Part shown: positions 27,461-42,228 of the stretch, one piece after another | Layout: the number at the start of each line of letters is the position of its first letter | How positions within the stretch are numbered: the first letter of the stretch is position 1 | Source: Octopus vulgaris | Taxonomy: Eukaryota | Direction of reading: 5' to 3' | Assembly (NCBI GenBank): GCA_951406725.2 | Contig: OX597826.1 | Location: 78,120,001-78,184,000, forward strand | Length of the DNA stretch: 64,000 nt | Notes under the pieces: generated by a model | The model's input: only the letters and a program-made list of their open reading frames with translations | Databases searched by the model: none | What the model was told of the DNA's origin: nothing | Translations under genes and position numbers: made by a program

Positions 27461-27572
27461 AAAACCATTTACAACCGCACAATAACTCTTTACTCTAATT
27501 GTAAGCCTAGTACTTATTCTATCGGACTCTTTTGCCGAACCACTGTCTCTCTCTCTCCACATACACACATAC

Positions 27573-27641
<69 letters not shown>

Positions 27642-27884
27642 CGTGCGTGCGCGCGTGTGTGTATGTATGTGTTGGGGTGAGCATGTAGTATGTACACATA
27701 CAAACTCGATGGTATCCCTCTTCGAAGACGGCATATGAGGGATCCGATCAGCTGAGCGCCCTACACAGATGGTTTGTTTATAGTGATAAAAACGTATGAG
27801 CTGTACTTGTACATTGGTTCACTCCATGCAACAAATTCATGTTTGCCTGGACAGGAGGATCACGAAATGATCGGAGACCTACCT

Positions 27885-27995
27885 GAGATGGAGTGTCTTG
27901 CTGAAGAACACAACGCACCATTCGGTCTCGGAATTGAAATCACGGTCGCGCGAACGGGATTACAACATCCTAACTACCAACCCATACACCTTCAC
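27885..27995 (-). mobile_element. SINE family 2 head, decayed
   Basis: agtgtcttgctgaagaacacaacgcacc is the reverse complement of the 12757-12787 core. Confidence 0.6.
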
Positions 27996-28022
27996 GCATA
28001 TATAATGTGTGTGTGTGTATAT

Positions 28023-28069
<47 letters not shown>

Positions 28070-28239
28070 TAAGGGGTGTTTATGTCAATCCATATAATTG
28101 TATTAAGACAACAGATATTCTCACTTTGTTACGCTTCATTCAAACGCACGCACCTTTCTCTCGAAGAATGTCTTCTCCTCACCCTCTTCTCTCTTCCTCT
28201 CAATTCGCCCTTTCTCTCTTTCCCCTCTCTCCCTCTCTC

Positions 28240-28276
<37 letters not shown>

Positions 28277-28534
28277 CATCAATGTCTCTTTCATATTTTC
28301 ACTCAATTTAGCAATGCAATTATATTTCTTCACAAATTCTCTCATATAATTACTTCTTCACCTCCCCCTCCACCACCTTGTTCCATCCCTTAACCAAAGC
28401 ATTTCTTTTCCTCTTTCTCTTTCTCTTCTCTCGCCGTATATGTACCTATATGTATCTATCTATCTATATATATAAATATACATATACGTATGTATGCATC
28501 TATCTATTTGTATACATATATATATATATACATC

Positions 28535-28605
<71 letters not shown>

Positions 28606-29589
28606 TATGTGTGTGTATATATATATATGTGTGTGTGTGTGTGTTTACATGTATGAATATACATTTAGACAATCACGTCAAGGACGCATACACTTTGCAG
28701 AGAGTCACTCGCATGCTTGTGTTTAATTATATTGTGTTTGTGTATAATTATATAATATTAACGTATTAAGATTGTAAGATGTGAAACTGTACATACTTGC
28801 ACATCTATGAGTATACATGTGTGTGTGTGTGTAAGTGCGCGCGTGAATGAATCTCTAAATGCTTAGTGACAGCACTCTGGTGTCGGTACATGCTAAATGT
28901 TCAAAGAATCCCCGTCACATGCAAATATCTTGTACGGTGTTGTATGTGCATCAGTTAAATTCATCAATGCAATTTATTGCCCAGCATCACTGCTGCCGCT
29001 ATTGCTGTGGTTATTACATTTGCTGTAGTTGTTGTTGTTGTTGTTGCTGTTGTTACTGTTGTTGTTGTTGTTGTTGTTGTTGCTGTTGTTGTTGTTTTTG
29101 CTGCAACTGTTGCAGTTGCAACTCTTGTTGCAATATGATATGCTGATTTTGCTATATTTGTCAGGTGCGTGTTTGTAAATGAGGTAACATAAAGAGGGTT
29201 TAGCTTCGTAAATTGTCTTACGATGCTGATGCTGCGAATGGTGGTTGTTTGTTTGTTTTGTTTTATTTGTTTTTGCTTTCATAGAAATACTGGTGGTGGT
29301 AGTGGTGGTGGTGGTGGAGGGGGTTGTCTTAGCGTTCGTGGTGGTGTTGTCGTCGCTGATATGCAAGAAATATGACCAAAGATCTTATTTTTCTTTTTTT
29401 TTTTTGGTTTTTCGTAATCGTTCCCCTTTTCCGTTTTTCAGATCGTGTGGATCTTGCACAACGTTATGGAGTTTCTCCTTTTTCTCTATTTTTAGAATTA
29501 CTCGGTGGTAAGCTTTGATGAGGAGTTAACTGGTACTTCTGACCATTCCAACAAACATGTAATGGTTGCCTTCGTAGCTATTCTGCCAT

Positions 29590-29641
<52 letters not shown>

Positions 29642-29973
29642 ACACACACACACACACACATATGTATGTATGTATGTATGTATGTGTTTCTCAAAGATCC
29701 AATGTTGGTACAGAGGTTTCGCAGGTATTTTGAAAGCCAAAAGTAAAGATTAAAGCAGATAGTCAGACAGGAAGATATATATATATATAGATATATAGAT
29801 AGATAAATAGATAGATAGATAGAAAGATAAACAGACAGACAGACAGACAGACGGACAGATGGATAGATAGAAGGATAAATAGATAGATAGGTAGACAGAT
29901 TCATACATACATTAATACACACATGCATACTTACATACATACAAACATACATACACGCATACACACAAACATG

Positions 29974-30004
<31 letters not shown>

Positions 30005-30466
30005 GCGTACGTACAAGCGTAAATAGATAGGCAGAGAGAAAAAGAGAGGGATACAGATACATAGAATAATATATACATACATGCATACACACATACATAC
30101 ATAAATACATACATACATACATACATACATACATACATACAAACATTCATACATACATACATTCATACATACATACACACACACACGTACATACATACAT
30201 ACATACGTACGTATATTCATATATACATAAACACATACATTCATACATACACACACATACATACATACATACATACATACATACATACATACATACATAC
30301 ATACATACATACATGCATATTTACATACATTGACAGTTAGAGAAAACGAAGTGATGAGAAATGAGAAAGACAGAGATAGACCGAGTGAGTGAGTGACAGA
30401 GAGAGAGAGAGAGAAAAGAGACAAACAGAAACAGTTAGAGAGAATAAGCACGTGCGTGACAGAGAG

Positions 30467-30517
<51 letters not shown>

Positions 30518-30856
30518 TAATGTCAAATAATTTAAAACATGAGAAATTTCGTCGAGTGGATTTTTATAAAAGAGGTTTTGATTTAAGAAACACTGCTGTC
30601 TTCATTGTTCGTTGTAATTTTGGTTTTTTGTTCTTTTCGATAATACATATTATCGACTATGAATGCCGATACTTTGATACTTGACAACCCGGTCACACAC
30701 AGTACGATGGAGTGTTTTAATGCTTAATAATATATATTAGTGAAATGATACAGAGATATACAGTTGAAATGTCAGATGGAGAAGGTCGTAAGTGAAGGAA
30801 AAAAGACATTTATAATGATGATAATAATAATAGTAACAACGATAATGATAATAATG

Positions 30857-30933
<77 letters not shown>

Positions 30934-31394
30934 AAGAAGAAGAAGAAGAAAAATAATAATAATGAGAAGTTGAAGAAGACGAAGAAGACGAAAAAGACGA
31001 AGAAGACGAAAAAGACGAAGAAGACGCCGCCATCGCCGCCCCCGACGACGACGACAAAGAAGAAGAAGAAGAAAAAGAAGAAGAAGAAGAAGACGATGAT
31101 GATGATGATGATGATGATGAAGAAATATTGTGGTGGTGGTGGTGGTGGTGTTGGTAATAGAAGTCGTAATGGTTTCTTATATTATAATTGCAAGTACAAT
31201 GAATAAGGAGTCATAACAAGGAGAAGTTAATGACTATGTGTGTGTATGTGTGTTATGTGTGTGTGTGAATGCGTACGTATGTATCTGTGTATGTATGTAT
31301 GTATGTATGTATATATACAGAGAGAGAGAGGGAGAGCAAGAGAAAGTTGTGCGTGTATATGTGTATATATGTAAGTATATACATATGTATGTAT

Positions 31395-31427
<33 letters not shown>

Positions 31428-31869
31428 CATGCATACATATATATATATGTGTGTGTATATATACACACACACACACACACACACATACAGAGAAAGGGAG
31501 AGAGTGAGCTGTGCGAGAGGATGAAAGAGAGAGTGCAAGACAGAGTGAGTGAGAAAGATAGAAAGAAAGGAAAGAAGAGTCCGAGAGAGGAAAGAGAGAT
31601 TGAAATTGCTTCAGAAACGAAAGGAAGGAGCACATAATTCATTTCGCAGAATTCATCTTTATTTTCAGTGGCACTTTAGTTTAGGATTGCATAAATTAAA
31701 GTTTCGACAAAAAAATAAATAATTGAAAATCACTGGTAAAAGTTAGGTTGCTTTATTTTGTATGATAAGGTTTACTCTTACCAAACATACATAATTGACA
31801 TAAGCTTTATAACGTACAAAACGTTATGGTGAGATAATGTTGCCTTGACAATATTTCCTCCGTTATATT

Positions 31870-32320
31870 CTTCAACAAAAGAAAACCTTCCACTGTTCAA
31901 TCGTATTACGAAGCACACAGTTCTAAAAATGAATCCCATCTGGCCATTGAAAGCCGAAAGGACATTGTTCTTTCAAAGTTCTAGCTCATTTTTCACTACA
32001 TCAGATGATATCTCAATGCATTGCACTAGCCTTATGGCCAATAATTTCAATCAGGTCATAGTTTTTTCCCACCTCTCTGCAAAATCAAACTGCACAATAA
32101 TGGCGTGATGAATATGACGAAGCCGGGGAAAATGTATCTGTAATAAGTTGGCTATACCTCTGCAATGCACAAAATATTTTAACAATATTTTGTTTACAAT
32201 TTCTTATATTTTATTATAAAAATATAAGATTTTTTAAGCATTGAATGGATATAGGGTCCACTAGAGTAGAATAGGAATCAAAGGGGTCCATGGGAAAAAA
32301 AGGGGTTGAGGATCACCGGA
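31870..32320. mobile_element. Possible hAT (Charlie/Buster-like) remnant
   Basis: Terminal-like ggggtcca...ggttgaggatcaccg; weak minus-strand transposase resemblance. Confidence 0.35.
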
Positions 32321-32329
32321 CTAAAGGAT

Positions 32330-33260
32330 GAAACAGATGAAGGGAGCATTCTGGTACTTTGAGAGGTTTGACGACCAAGGACAAGTAAATCTAAATTTAG
32401 GGGAATGTGAAGCAAAGTGGAAAGACCAAAGGGAATTTATAAAAATGAAAATAGGGGTTGTATGATTTCTCTACACTGAATACTTCAAGATTTGAAAAGG
32501 CTAGAAAAAGGTACATTTAGAGCTACTGATACAGGGTAGAGTAAAAGGTATCCATATATTTCCATTGAAAACGTGAAGCTGTCTTATCCAAGCGTAGGTA
32601 TAAGCGTTTCAATTGTTCAAATAGCGGTAGATAAATGGAGATGCTTAACTTTATTAGTAATAAACGTATATTGCTATAGTTGGTAACATAGTTTTAAAAC
32701 TTAAGGGTACTGAGTCCTTCATTAGCTTATGTGTGAGTTAACATTTCTTGATTTAAAACAGCGAAAAAAGATAGGTTTCTTTAAACAGCTTAGTGTTTGC
32801 TGCTGATGCATCGATGATGTTATTCCTAGCTACAACCATTCTGAATATTTTTTTGAGAAAATTTATCTAGATCTCGCAGCGAATACAGATGGTGAAACAC
32901 AGGATGAAGTTAACTATTGAGATGGTAAGGAAGTCTGTGAGATTAAACATTTGTTCCTCGTATTTGTAATGAAACTGAACATTTTAACGTTCGTGTCACA
33001 TTCTAGCATTGGACATTAAGTAGAATTCCGTTGAGAGTCTGACATAACGTGTTCTACCATCAAGTTATTAGACGCAAGGACTGTAAATGAGGTTGGTATA
33101 TTTTTAGAAACTTATGATTTGATGATATATATGGGAAAAGAATTTATTTCTTAGGTAATTGTTAAGTGAGAATTTTGATTGTTGCTTAGAAAGAGATCCT
33201 GAAATTTCGAGAGAATTTAGCATAATTTCTAATTCATATCCTAATCTGAAACTTCGGAAT
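32330..33260 (-). mobile_element. Possible decayed Penelope-like RT
   Basis: Ordered weak motifs KMFSF, WKYMDTF and V*RNHT resembling PLE SFDV, W.RYVDD.F and VYRKPT. Confidence 0.35.
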
Positions 33261-33951
33261 AAGTTTCAATTAGTAATGTTACGCTTTTACAGATTATGAT
33301 TAGATTATTATATATTATTGTGTACAAAGCCACGTTTGTCAGAAAGTAATTTTTGGTCTTCCGCTTGTGGATTTAGATCGGTCTTTTGGTAGGGAGCAGC
33401 TCTCAAAGAATAAATCGCTGCTTTCTTCGAAGTAAGTGGATGCTATTTTGTTTACGTAGTGAACAATTTTGTTACGGTTAATTTATTTTAATAAATTTTA
33501 TGTTTTACTTATATGTTTTATGGTTCATTTAGGTGGAAACATTGGTTTCCATATATTTTCTATGATTAATGCAGATATTTGATAGATATAGATCTACCTA
33601 GGTTTATTCGCTTATTCAGAGGTGATTTATACCTAGCAGTCAACGAGATACGTTATTCCGCTGGTTACGTTTAGTTAGTTTAAATTATGCTTTTGGTGTT
33701 TTAATTATATTTCATAGGTCGTTAATTAAGAATGTTTATTGGTTAATGTTCTTTAATTAATATAGATTAATGTTTACGGTTCTACTGATAATTCGTTCGG
33801 TTATTAATATTTTCCGTTTTTATGTGTTTGCAACGCTTTAGTGTTCTATTGTCTTTTTTTTTTTTCTACGTTCGATTGATCTTTGGGTAGCAACACCCGT
33901 TATGATTATATTTCTCTCTTTTTATATACATTATTATCTAATTTCTATCCT

Positions 33952-34062
33952 TCGAGGTCGACAATGCCTTTCATCCTTTCAGGGTCGATAAAATAAGTAC
34001 CAGTCAAGAACTGAGATCGATGGAAATATAAGGCCTCGTGCCTATAGTAGAAAGGATTATTA
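33952..34062 (+). mobile_element. Nin/Deu-domain SINE fragment
   Basis: gaggtcgac..gcctttcatcctttcagggtcgataaaataagtacc; tail gtgcctatagtagaaaggattatta. Confidence 0.85.
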
Positions 34063-35982
34063 AATTTCTGTGCTTCGTATCAGTGGGTATGTGATGATTT
34101 CTGTTTGGGATTTAGTGTTTGTATTTGTGTTTGGTAACAATAAGCAAGTGAAGATAAGAACATTGTGCTTATGTTCGACTTCTCTGTCTTGGTTTTTAAT
34201 TCCGATGCAGTTTTTTATATTTTACACTGTTGGCACTTTTGGATTGAACTATGCATCCCAGGTGCCGAAACCATAATGATATTCGTTAGGAAGCTGATGA
34301 TGAGGTCTATAAGTTTGATGTTCTTTATTTTTTATATGTTGTTCACTTCGAACCTTTTGTATCTTATGCTTATATTGTTTAGGAGTTTATAGTTTAAAGA
34401 CATTTAGTTGTACATATGCACACACGCACACACACACACACATACACACACACACACATGAAAATGTATAACGTTTGTTTATAAAATTTATAAAATTTAT
34501 CGAAAATCATATAGCTGCTTGTTTTGTATCGCTGATTATTTATCTCCCTTGATGTAATCACAGAACGCAATCCTTTTTCTAAATATCTATATTGAATGGA
34601 TGCCAAGATACCAACAAACTCTTTTTTAATATATCGTGTCTACGATAATTGAGCAATACCTTGCGCGTTGTCGATGTTAAAGTTAGTACTGAAGCCAAAC
34701 GCATGTTATTTTAGCCCGACACGGAGCCTCTAGGCTGTTATTCATCCTATTCAGGAATGGAAGCTTCCTATCCCAAAAGTCTTTCATAGGAAAGAACTCA
34801 TTAAATTATTCATTCTTTAATCTTACTAAAGGAAATTAGGCAACGAATTGTGATTAGGGGATGGCTTTAATTTTCAATGGTAATCATACTTATGTGGTTG
34901 TATCTGGCAATATAAACGATTTATAAAGGAGATTAATACCTTATGAAACGGATTAGAAAAGCCATCGCTAGAGCGCCAATGATCATAGGTTTGGTAGATC
35001 AAAGATGAGCAGAGCTGAAATAGCAGCACCAGCTCTGTTGCTCGTCGCTGGGAGGGATTGTCTGATATTGTAATATCTATTTTACCAGTCAGCAAAGGAA
35101 CTTCTGCAAGTTCACTCGACGTGTTAGAAATAACAGCCGGATCTCCAGCCTTCAACAACACTCTTTTATCTTAAAAAAGAACTGTTAGAAACAAACAAAA
35201 AAAACATATTGGATAATATAGACCTCGGGAAACATAATATAGCGTAATGATTTAGATCACCGGTCAGCTTGACCACAGCTGACTCGGGACTAACCAACAA
35301 CAATAACAACAACAACAACTGACAACATTGATATTCAGCGTTGACAATACGTTGTTCCGACTTTGCAGTGCATATTTACAGCGAAGTGAACTGACCACTT
35401 CAGAGTAAAGGGTACTGACCATAAGCACAAATTCATGTTGGTATGAGGATACGAAGTGTTGACCTCTTAACTGCCTGCTTGGTATTCTTTCTACTCAGCC
35501 AGCTCTCCTCATTGGACAGAGAAGTAAAGAGACATTCTCTGAAACATGCTCAACGTCAGAGAAATTAGAAAATTGCGCGAGGAGATCGTGAACTCGCTTT
35601 TAAGGGTTATAGAATTCTATCGGAGTTAGAAAGAATATTTTAAAGGACTTTAGTTGTTGCGAAAGGTGTAAGTTTGTGAGTTTATGAGCATATCTGTACT
35701 CGTACATCCATGTGTTCATGTGTATGTGTGTGTATAAATGAATGTATATATCTACAGCCATGAAATGTGATTAATGTATGTATATTTGTGTGCGTATATG
35801 TAAACGAGTGTGTATGTGTGTGTGTCTTTGTATACTAAAACATCACTAATATGTATACAAGTTGTGATTAATTTTATGGAGACATGTGCCTATGTGTGTA
35901 AGTGTATATATGCGCATGCAACTTTGTATAGATGTGAATGTACGTAGGCAAGTATATATGCATATTTGAACACATATATATA

Positions 35983-36017
<35 letters not shown>

Positions 36018-36020
36018 GTG

Positions 36021-36084
<64 letters not shown>

Positions 36085-36137
36085 CATATTATGTGCGGAG
36101 GTGTTGTTAAGTATAGATATTTATATATACATGTGTA

Positions 36138-36174
<37 letters not shown>

Positions 36175-36923
36175 GAAATGTATGTGAGTCTGTGTATGTC
36201 GGCTGCATTTAAGAAGATAGTCATGTGATGCTTGACGTCAGAGTTGTACGTAGATGGCTGCTTCATCATGTGGTAATAATATTTTGCAGTGTAACGATAC
36301 AATTAAGTACTGTATTTGAGTGAGTAGTTAGCTGTGAGCGGCGTAAAGCATTGCTGTTGCACCAATTAAAAAAGCGCTGAGCACATAAACCGTAAACGTG
36401 ACAACGGAATCTATATAGCTAATTATTCATCGCTGCACACTTGCAGTACGGTCGTTTGCAATCAATGACAGTTTTGCCGCATTTGTCACTGACAATGTTG
36501 CTGAAACTGCATCGTTATATTACATCGTTTTTCTGCCGTACTGATTGCAAAACCTGCAGAATACAGGTAATTTCTTTAAATAGGCGAGAGCTAGGGAAAT
36601 AAATGCCTGAATTGCTGCGCTGGTTGGCTGAAGAGATAGATGGTTGGGTGGGTGGGTGGTTGGGTGGTTGGGTGGGTGGGTTTGTGGGTGGGTGGGTGGA
36701 TGGATGAAGGGGTGAGTGGTGGATGGCTGAATGTATGGGCAAGTAGAATTGCAGTGTGTGGGTGGGTGGTTGGCTGAATGGTCGGTTGGTTGGCTGGTTG
36801 GACGGGTATATGGATGGATGGATGAATATAGAGTTGACTGTATGATTTGGTGAATGGATTGATGGATGGATGGATGGATGGACTAGACTGCCCGGCTGGC
36901 TGCCTGACCACTGAGCTACCCAA

Positions 36924-36955
<32 letters not shown>

Positions 36956-37776
36956 TTGGCTGGTGGTTGGCTGGTTCCTTGGCTGGCTGTATTGAAATAA
37001 AAATGCATTTTGTTGGAGCGTCGAGGCAGAGCATTAGAAATGAGAACAGAAAAGAGTTGGGGAATTAATGAAGTGAGATGGAAAGATTCAGTGATACACA
37101 CACACACACACACACAGGGTCAGGTGGTTTGGATGTGTGAGACAGCAAAGGGGAGAGGAAAGAGAGGGGAAGAGAAACAAATTACAAGGACTAAATGCGA
37201 ATGATTAAATTTTGAAAATTTCGGACGACAAAATGACCGATATTGTAATCGTGTTTCTTGGTTCGATTCTCGACTGTTATGTTTATAGAAACCTTTGTTA
37301 TTTTTTTGCTTCTTTTATTATTCCTAGTCCTAAAAATGGTGTGGAAGAAGAGTTTATTTCTAAGGAATGACGAAATTGCTGCCACAACTAATTGAAAAGT
37401 TGTGAAGAAAGAAACCCTACTAAAGCTAATATCATCCGAATTTGGTAACGGTGTGAAGTGCGTGTGTGTGGGGGGGTACTTTATTTAGTCTTACTAGATG
37501 TTTTGATCAGCTCTTCTTTAAGTGACAGCAGACCCTCTCAAACAAGCAAACGACGCATTGACTAATGTAGTTCTAAACATCGCTACGACTGAAGAAATAG
37601 CAGGCGACCTACGTGTCTTTGATCAATGTGTCTTTGACCAAAAGTTTGTTCTCTTAACAATCTAATGCTGTATCATTATTCGATCACTCGACTTTATAGA
37701 ACTAATAATCAAATCATCTGCAAATCAAACCAAAACAAAGGAAGGACACATTACATAATATAATCAGGAGAAAAAA

Positions 37777-38175
37777 GGCGGCGAGCTGGCAGAAACGTTA
37801 GCACGCCGGGCGAAATGCGTAGCCGTATTTCGTTTGCCGTTACGTTCTGAGTTCAAATTCCGCCGAGGTCGACGTTGCCTTTACTCTTTTCGGGGTCGAT
37901 TAAATAAGTACCAGTCACGCACTGGGGTCGATATAATCGACTTAATCCGTTTGTCTGCCCTTGTTTGTCCCCTCTGTGTTTTGCCCCTTGTGGGTAGTAA
38001 AGAAACAGGTATTTCGTCTACCGTTACATTCTCAGTTCAAATTCCGCCGATGTCGACTTTGCCTTTCATCCTTTCGGAGTCGATAAATTAAGTGCCAGTT
38101 GCGTACCGGAGTCAATCTAATTGACTGGCCCCCTCCCCAAAATTTCCGGGCCTTGTGCCTAGAGTAGAAAAAATA
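37777..38175 (+). mobile_element. Dimeric tRNA-derived Nin/Deu-domain SINE
   Basis: Head ggcggcgagctggcagaa; two tandem gttcaaattccgccga..gtcgac..gccttt..gtcgat units. Confidence 0.9.
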
Positions 38176-38281
38176 TAGTCCTGGACAAAATATATGACAG
38201 TCATCAGCGACATGTTGTTAACCATAGGTTCATCTAGGGATAAACTGAAACTAAAATACAACATCGCTACGGTATATGATA

Positions 38282-38495
38282 TAGGAGGGGATAGGAGCTT
38301 GAAAAGTCCCTGGTTGTAAGGGTCACGTGAAAGGCCTGATTGGAGATCCAACCTTCCGAGTTCTTTTACAGGGCTGAAACACCGCTGCAATAAGTGCGTA
38401 AATCTGAGAGGAGAATATGTTGAATAAAATCATAATTAACTGATCCTCATGAATTTCCTTTTGCCCAAAGCCGGTAAATATTCAGTACCCCTCGT
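38282..38495 (+). mobile_element. Internally deleted mariner element
   Basis: Decayed TIRs (tgaaaagtccctgg versus gccggtaaatattcagtacccctcg) around HRCNKCVNLRGEYVE*. Confidence 0.75.
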
Positions 38496-39885
38496 TTATT
38501 TCATTATATAACGTATATTCTTTATATCTTTCCTTAAACACAGCGAACTGGAAGTCGTTGGAGCGTCATATAAAAAGCTGTATATATTCCGGTTCTGTGC
38601 TCTATAAGTTCAAATCCTGATGAGATCATCTTTATATCTTGGTATCGATAAAGTATCTGTCCGATCGTACGGTTGATTTTACTCTCATTCGGCTACTATA
38701 AGACTGGGAAATGAATAGGTTCTACCCAGTCTACCTAGCCGTCGATAGACACCAAGACCCTCCTACCCCGTAAAAACCTTCAATGTAAGCAGAACATTGG
38801 CTTTCTGTGCTAAAAGTCCTCTAAAGTAGACTGGCGCCTTATCCAGGTGTTGTAGTGAGATCTGATTATCAGCTCTCATCTATTTTATTCCAAGTTAAGA
38901 CACACCGAGTAAATTCTGAAGAGAACCTTCGTCAACTTAACATGGATTACACGTTCTTTTACTCATACACTGTTTCTTCGTTTTTCCTTCATTTCCTCTT
39001 TCCTTCTTCTCCTCCTTATTTTTTTAGTTCTGTTTACTCTCCATTATAATCAACGAGCTGAGACTCAGGTTAGTTTAGACGCACGCCCTCATTAACCCGA
39101 TTGTTAGACTGGGAAATCGAAAACTAACCCTTTACCAATGCAGTCACAACTCTCAACACCACCATCACCACCACCTACAACGACAAATAAAACAAAGGAA
39201 CCAACTGAAAGAGTGAAGAGAGACTAAGAGCCGAGGTGACGGTGATTGGTCTCTGGTGGGTCAGAAACCACTAAATGAAGTCTTTACTTTCTCCTCTTTC
39301 TTTACCATCTTCCTCCTTCGTATTCTTTTAAGGCTACGTGTATGTGTCTGTGTGTTTGGTCACCAAGGTTTCAAGTACAAGTAGAAATGGCGCCTCTTAA
39401 ATAATTTAATGTTCAAACCAGGGGAGTTATGAGAGCGGGGGAAATCAGCATCATGACAAGGAATTCTAGTTTATCTTTTATTAATATCTGTAAATGCTCG
39501 TTTATTGTGATAAAGCCGCTTGAAAAGTGTCATATAATGACATATAATAGCTGCACTTCCATCGTACGACCCACTCTCTCTCTCCTCCCCTCGATTCCTT
39601 TGCTATCTCATTCACTTGACTCTCTTTTCCTTTCTTTATCTGCCTCTATCTCTCTCTCTCACTTGCTCTCTTTCTCTCTCTCTCATTCGCGTCCTCCGAC
39701 CAACTCTCTTTCTCTCACCATTGGCGAAATATAAAGGTCTTTATTACCAATATATTGATATCTGTCTTCGCAATCTGCCTTCTACAATGAGATAAAATGC
39801 GATATCATCTCGCTTACATATATACATACATACGCAGAGTTACGTACACAGAGATACACAGAGATACACACACACACACACACAC

Positions 39886-39916
<31 letters not shown>

Positions 39917-40376
39917 AACACACACACATCTATACAAACACCTCTTTCTTGCTGACTTTCTTTCTCCTTCTTTCTGTCCTCCTCTCTCTCTCTCTCTTTC
40001 TCTATGTATGCGCGTATTTGTACATCTCTATGTGTGTCTGTTATGCCAGTGTATTCTCAAATCATTTTAAACAATGAACGAGACTTTACGCTGTTGTCGC
40101 ATATGCTAGAAATGGTTATTAAATCTCCCTCAAATCACAAGTTCATCGGTTTTAAACAGAAAAGACATACCACATGATATAGGCCCAAATACGCTGCTTG
40201 ATAAAAGAAACAAACGTGGTTCTCACGGCTGTAATATATTTGATCAGAGACTAGTAACACGGCGGGAGAAAGATGAAAAAAAGAGGTGTGTCATAGGATG
40301 TCATTGGCTCCGATATGGGAGCGAGTATAGGGAAATCATCAAAAAGGAAGTTGGCCTAATAGAAAGATAGAATGAT

Positions 40377-40528
<152 letters not shown>

Positions 40529-40695
40529 CATCATCATTGTTCGACCGTGGTCGAGACAATGGAATTTACTATGGAATTCACTGTCCATCATAGCATTAAG
40601 GAGGTCCTGTTGCTGGATGCCTGTATCCCTGGAGATTACATCAGGGTAGGAGAGTGTGCACCCTCTGGTATCGCAAGCAGATGGCTTCTGGAAGC

Positions 40696-40736
<41 letters not shown>

Positions 40737-40747
40737 TTAAAAGATGT

Positions 40748-40814
<67 letters not shown>

Positions 40815-41288
40815 AATGAGATTCACTACAGCTGTTTCAGACGTGTTTTTAGTAATAACAATGCCTTCTACTAAAGGCATGCGGCCTGAAATATCGGAGA
40901 AGGGGATTAGTCGATTACATCGACTCCAGTGTTTCACTTTTTATCTTTTTTTTCTTTTAGTTTTGTGAAATGAACAGAAGTGTGATCAGTATTGTCTCAT
41001 ATATCAGGAAATTATACCCACTTTATTATGGATAAATTATGGATAAATTCATCGTCTCTGAGTATGAAATATCTCCTCATATCTCCGGAAATTATACCTA
41101 CATTATTATGGATGGATTTACATTTTCTGTGAAGCTAACAAGCTTTTTTTTAAAACCTTTTATAAAACTGTGTATCATTAGAGAACATTGGAAGTTTGCT
41201 TACAATCTAAATTTGCTTTTTATAGAACTCTCTTCGATACTTCATGAGTGTAGCCTCACCCCCTAGGATGTTTGGAGAACTCATATGT

Positions 41289-41356
41289 GTTTTGACTGAT
41301 GAGTACGGGACTTTTAATAAAGCTGTTCTTCGTATGAAACAATTGTACTGAAAAAC
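41289..41356 (+). ncRNA. Minimal hammerhead ribozyme motif, stem I decayed
   Basis: CTGATGA(41296)-gtacggg...ttcgtat-GAAA-caattg-TA; 7-bp stem II with G.U pairs, palindromic stem III (acaattgt). Confidence 0.65.
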
Positions 41357-41384
41357 CTAATCCATTCTTGTTGCTTTTTTCTTG

Positions 41385-41446
<62 letters not shown>

Positions 41447-41469
41447 CATATATGTGTGTGTATGTGTGT

Positions 41470-41505
<36 letters not shown>

Positions 41506-41679
41506 CTTAGGAGTATTTTGGCTTCTATTTTTAGCGAAGCCGTTGCTTATGTAGAACCCTAGTCTATGTAAATATATTTATATATCTTATATATAAATAT
41601 TAATTTTGCCAATACGGTTATTACGCTTGCAGTCACTAACGTTATTATTTTTAAGAATAACAATATATATATATATATA

Positions 41680-41830
41680 TACGCAGTTTCTGTCCACCGA
41701 ATCCAGTGACAATGTTCTCGTCGACCTGAGGCTAGAGTAAAAAACACTGGTTGAAGATATCACGCTGTGGGACTGAACTTAAAATCACGTGGTTGTGAGG
41801 CAAGCCTTTTACTGCTCGGCCACGCAAGCG
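41680..41830 (-). mobile_element. SINE family 1 5' half, diverged
   Basis: gtgggactgaac..cacgtggttg matches the reverse complement of the head. Confidence 0.75.
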
Positions 41831-42161
41831 CTTGAATAACATAAATGTAGATACATTACGTCTGGAAAGTAAAAAGTGTTGGGATGGTCAGTAGTTGTCA
41901 AGGACTTGAGCATAGGTTAGTGGGACAGGAATAACCAGGAACTGAACAATAGCAACAACCACAACAACTAATGTTTGCCGTTGTTTGCCCCTAGGTTAGC
42001 TCCCATCCATCAGAACCTGTTTCCTGGTTGCAAACAGTACATCGTCCAGTACAGCATCCTTCGATATTTAAGGCGGCAGAACATGATTTGATGGGTGCAA
42101 TGGCTGCTATTTCTGCCAGATCTGATACTGAATAGTGGATCGCTCACTGATTGTTGTTGTT

Positions 42162-42228
<67 letters not shown>

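Noticed and set aside
28859-29146. Cys-rich metallothionein-like ORF
   Set aside because: The Cys run is a (TGT/TGC)n microsatellite
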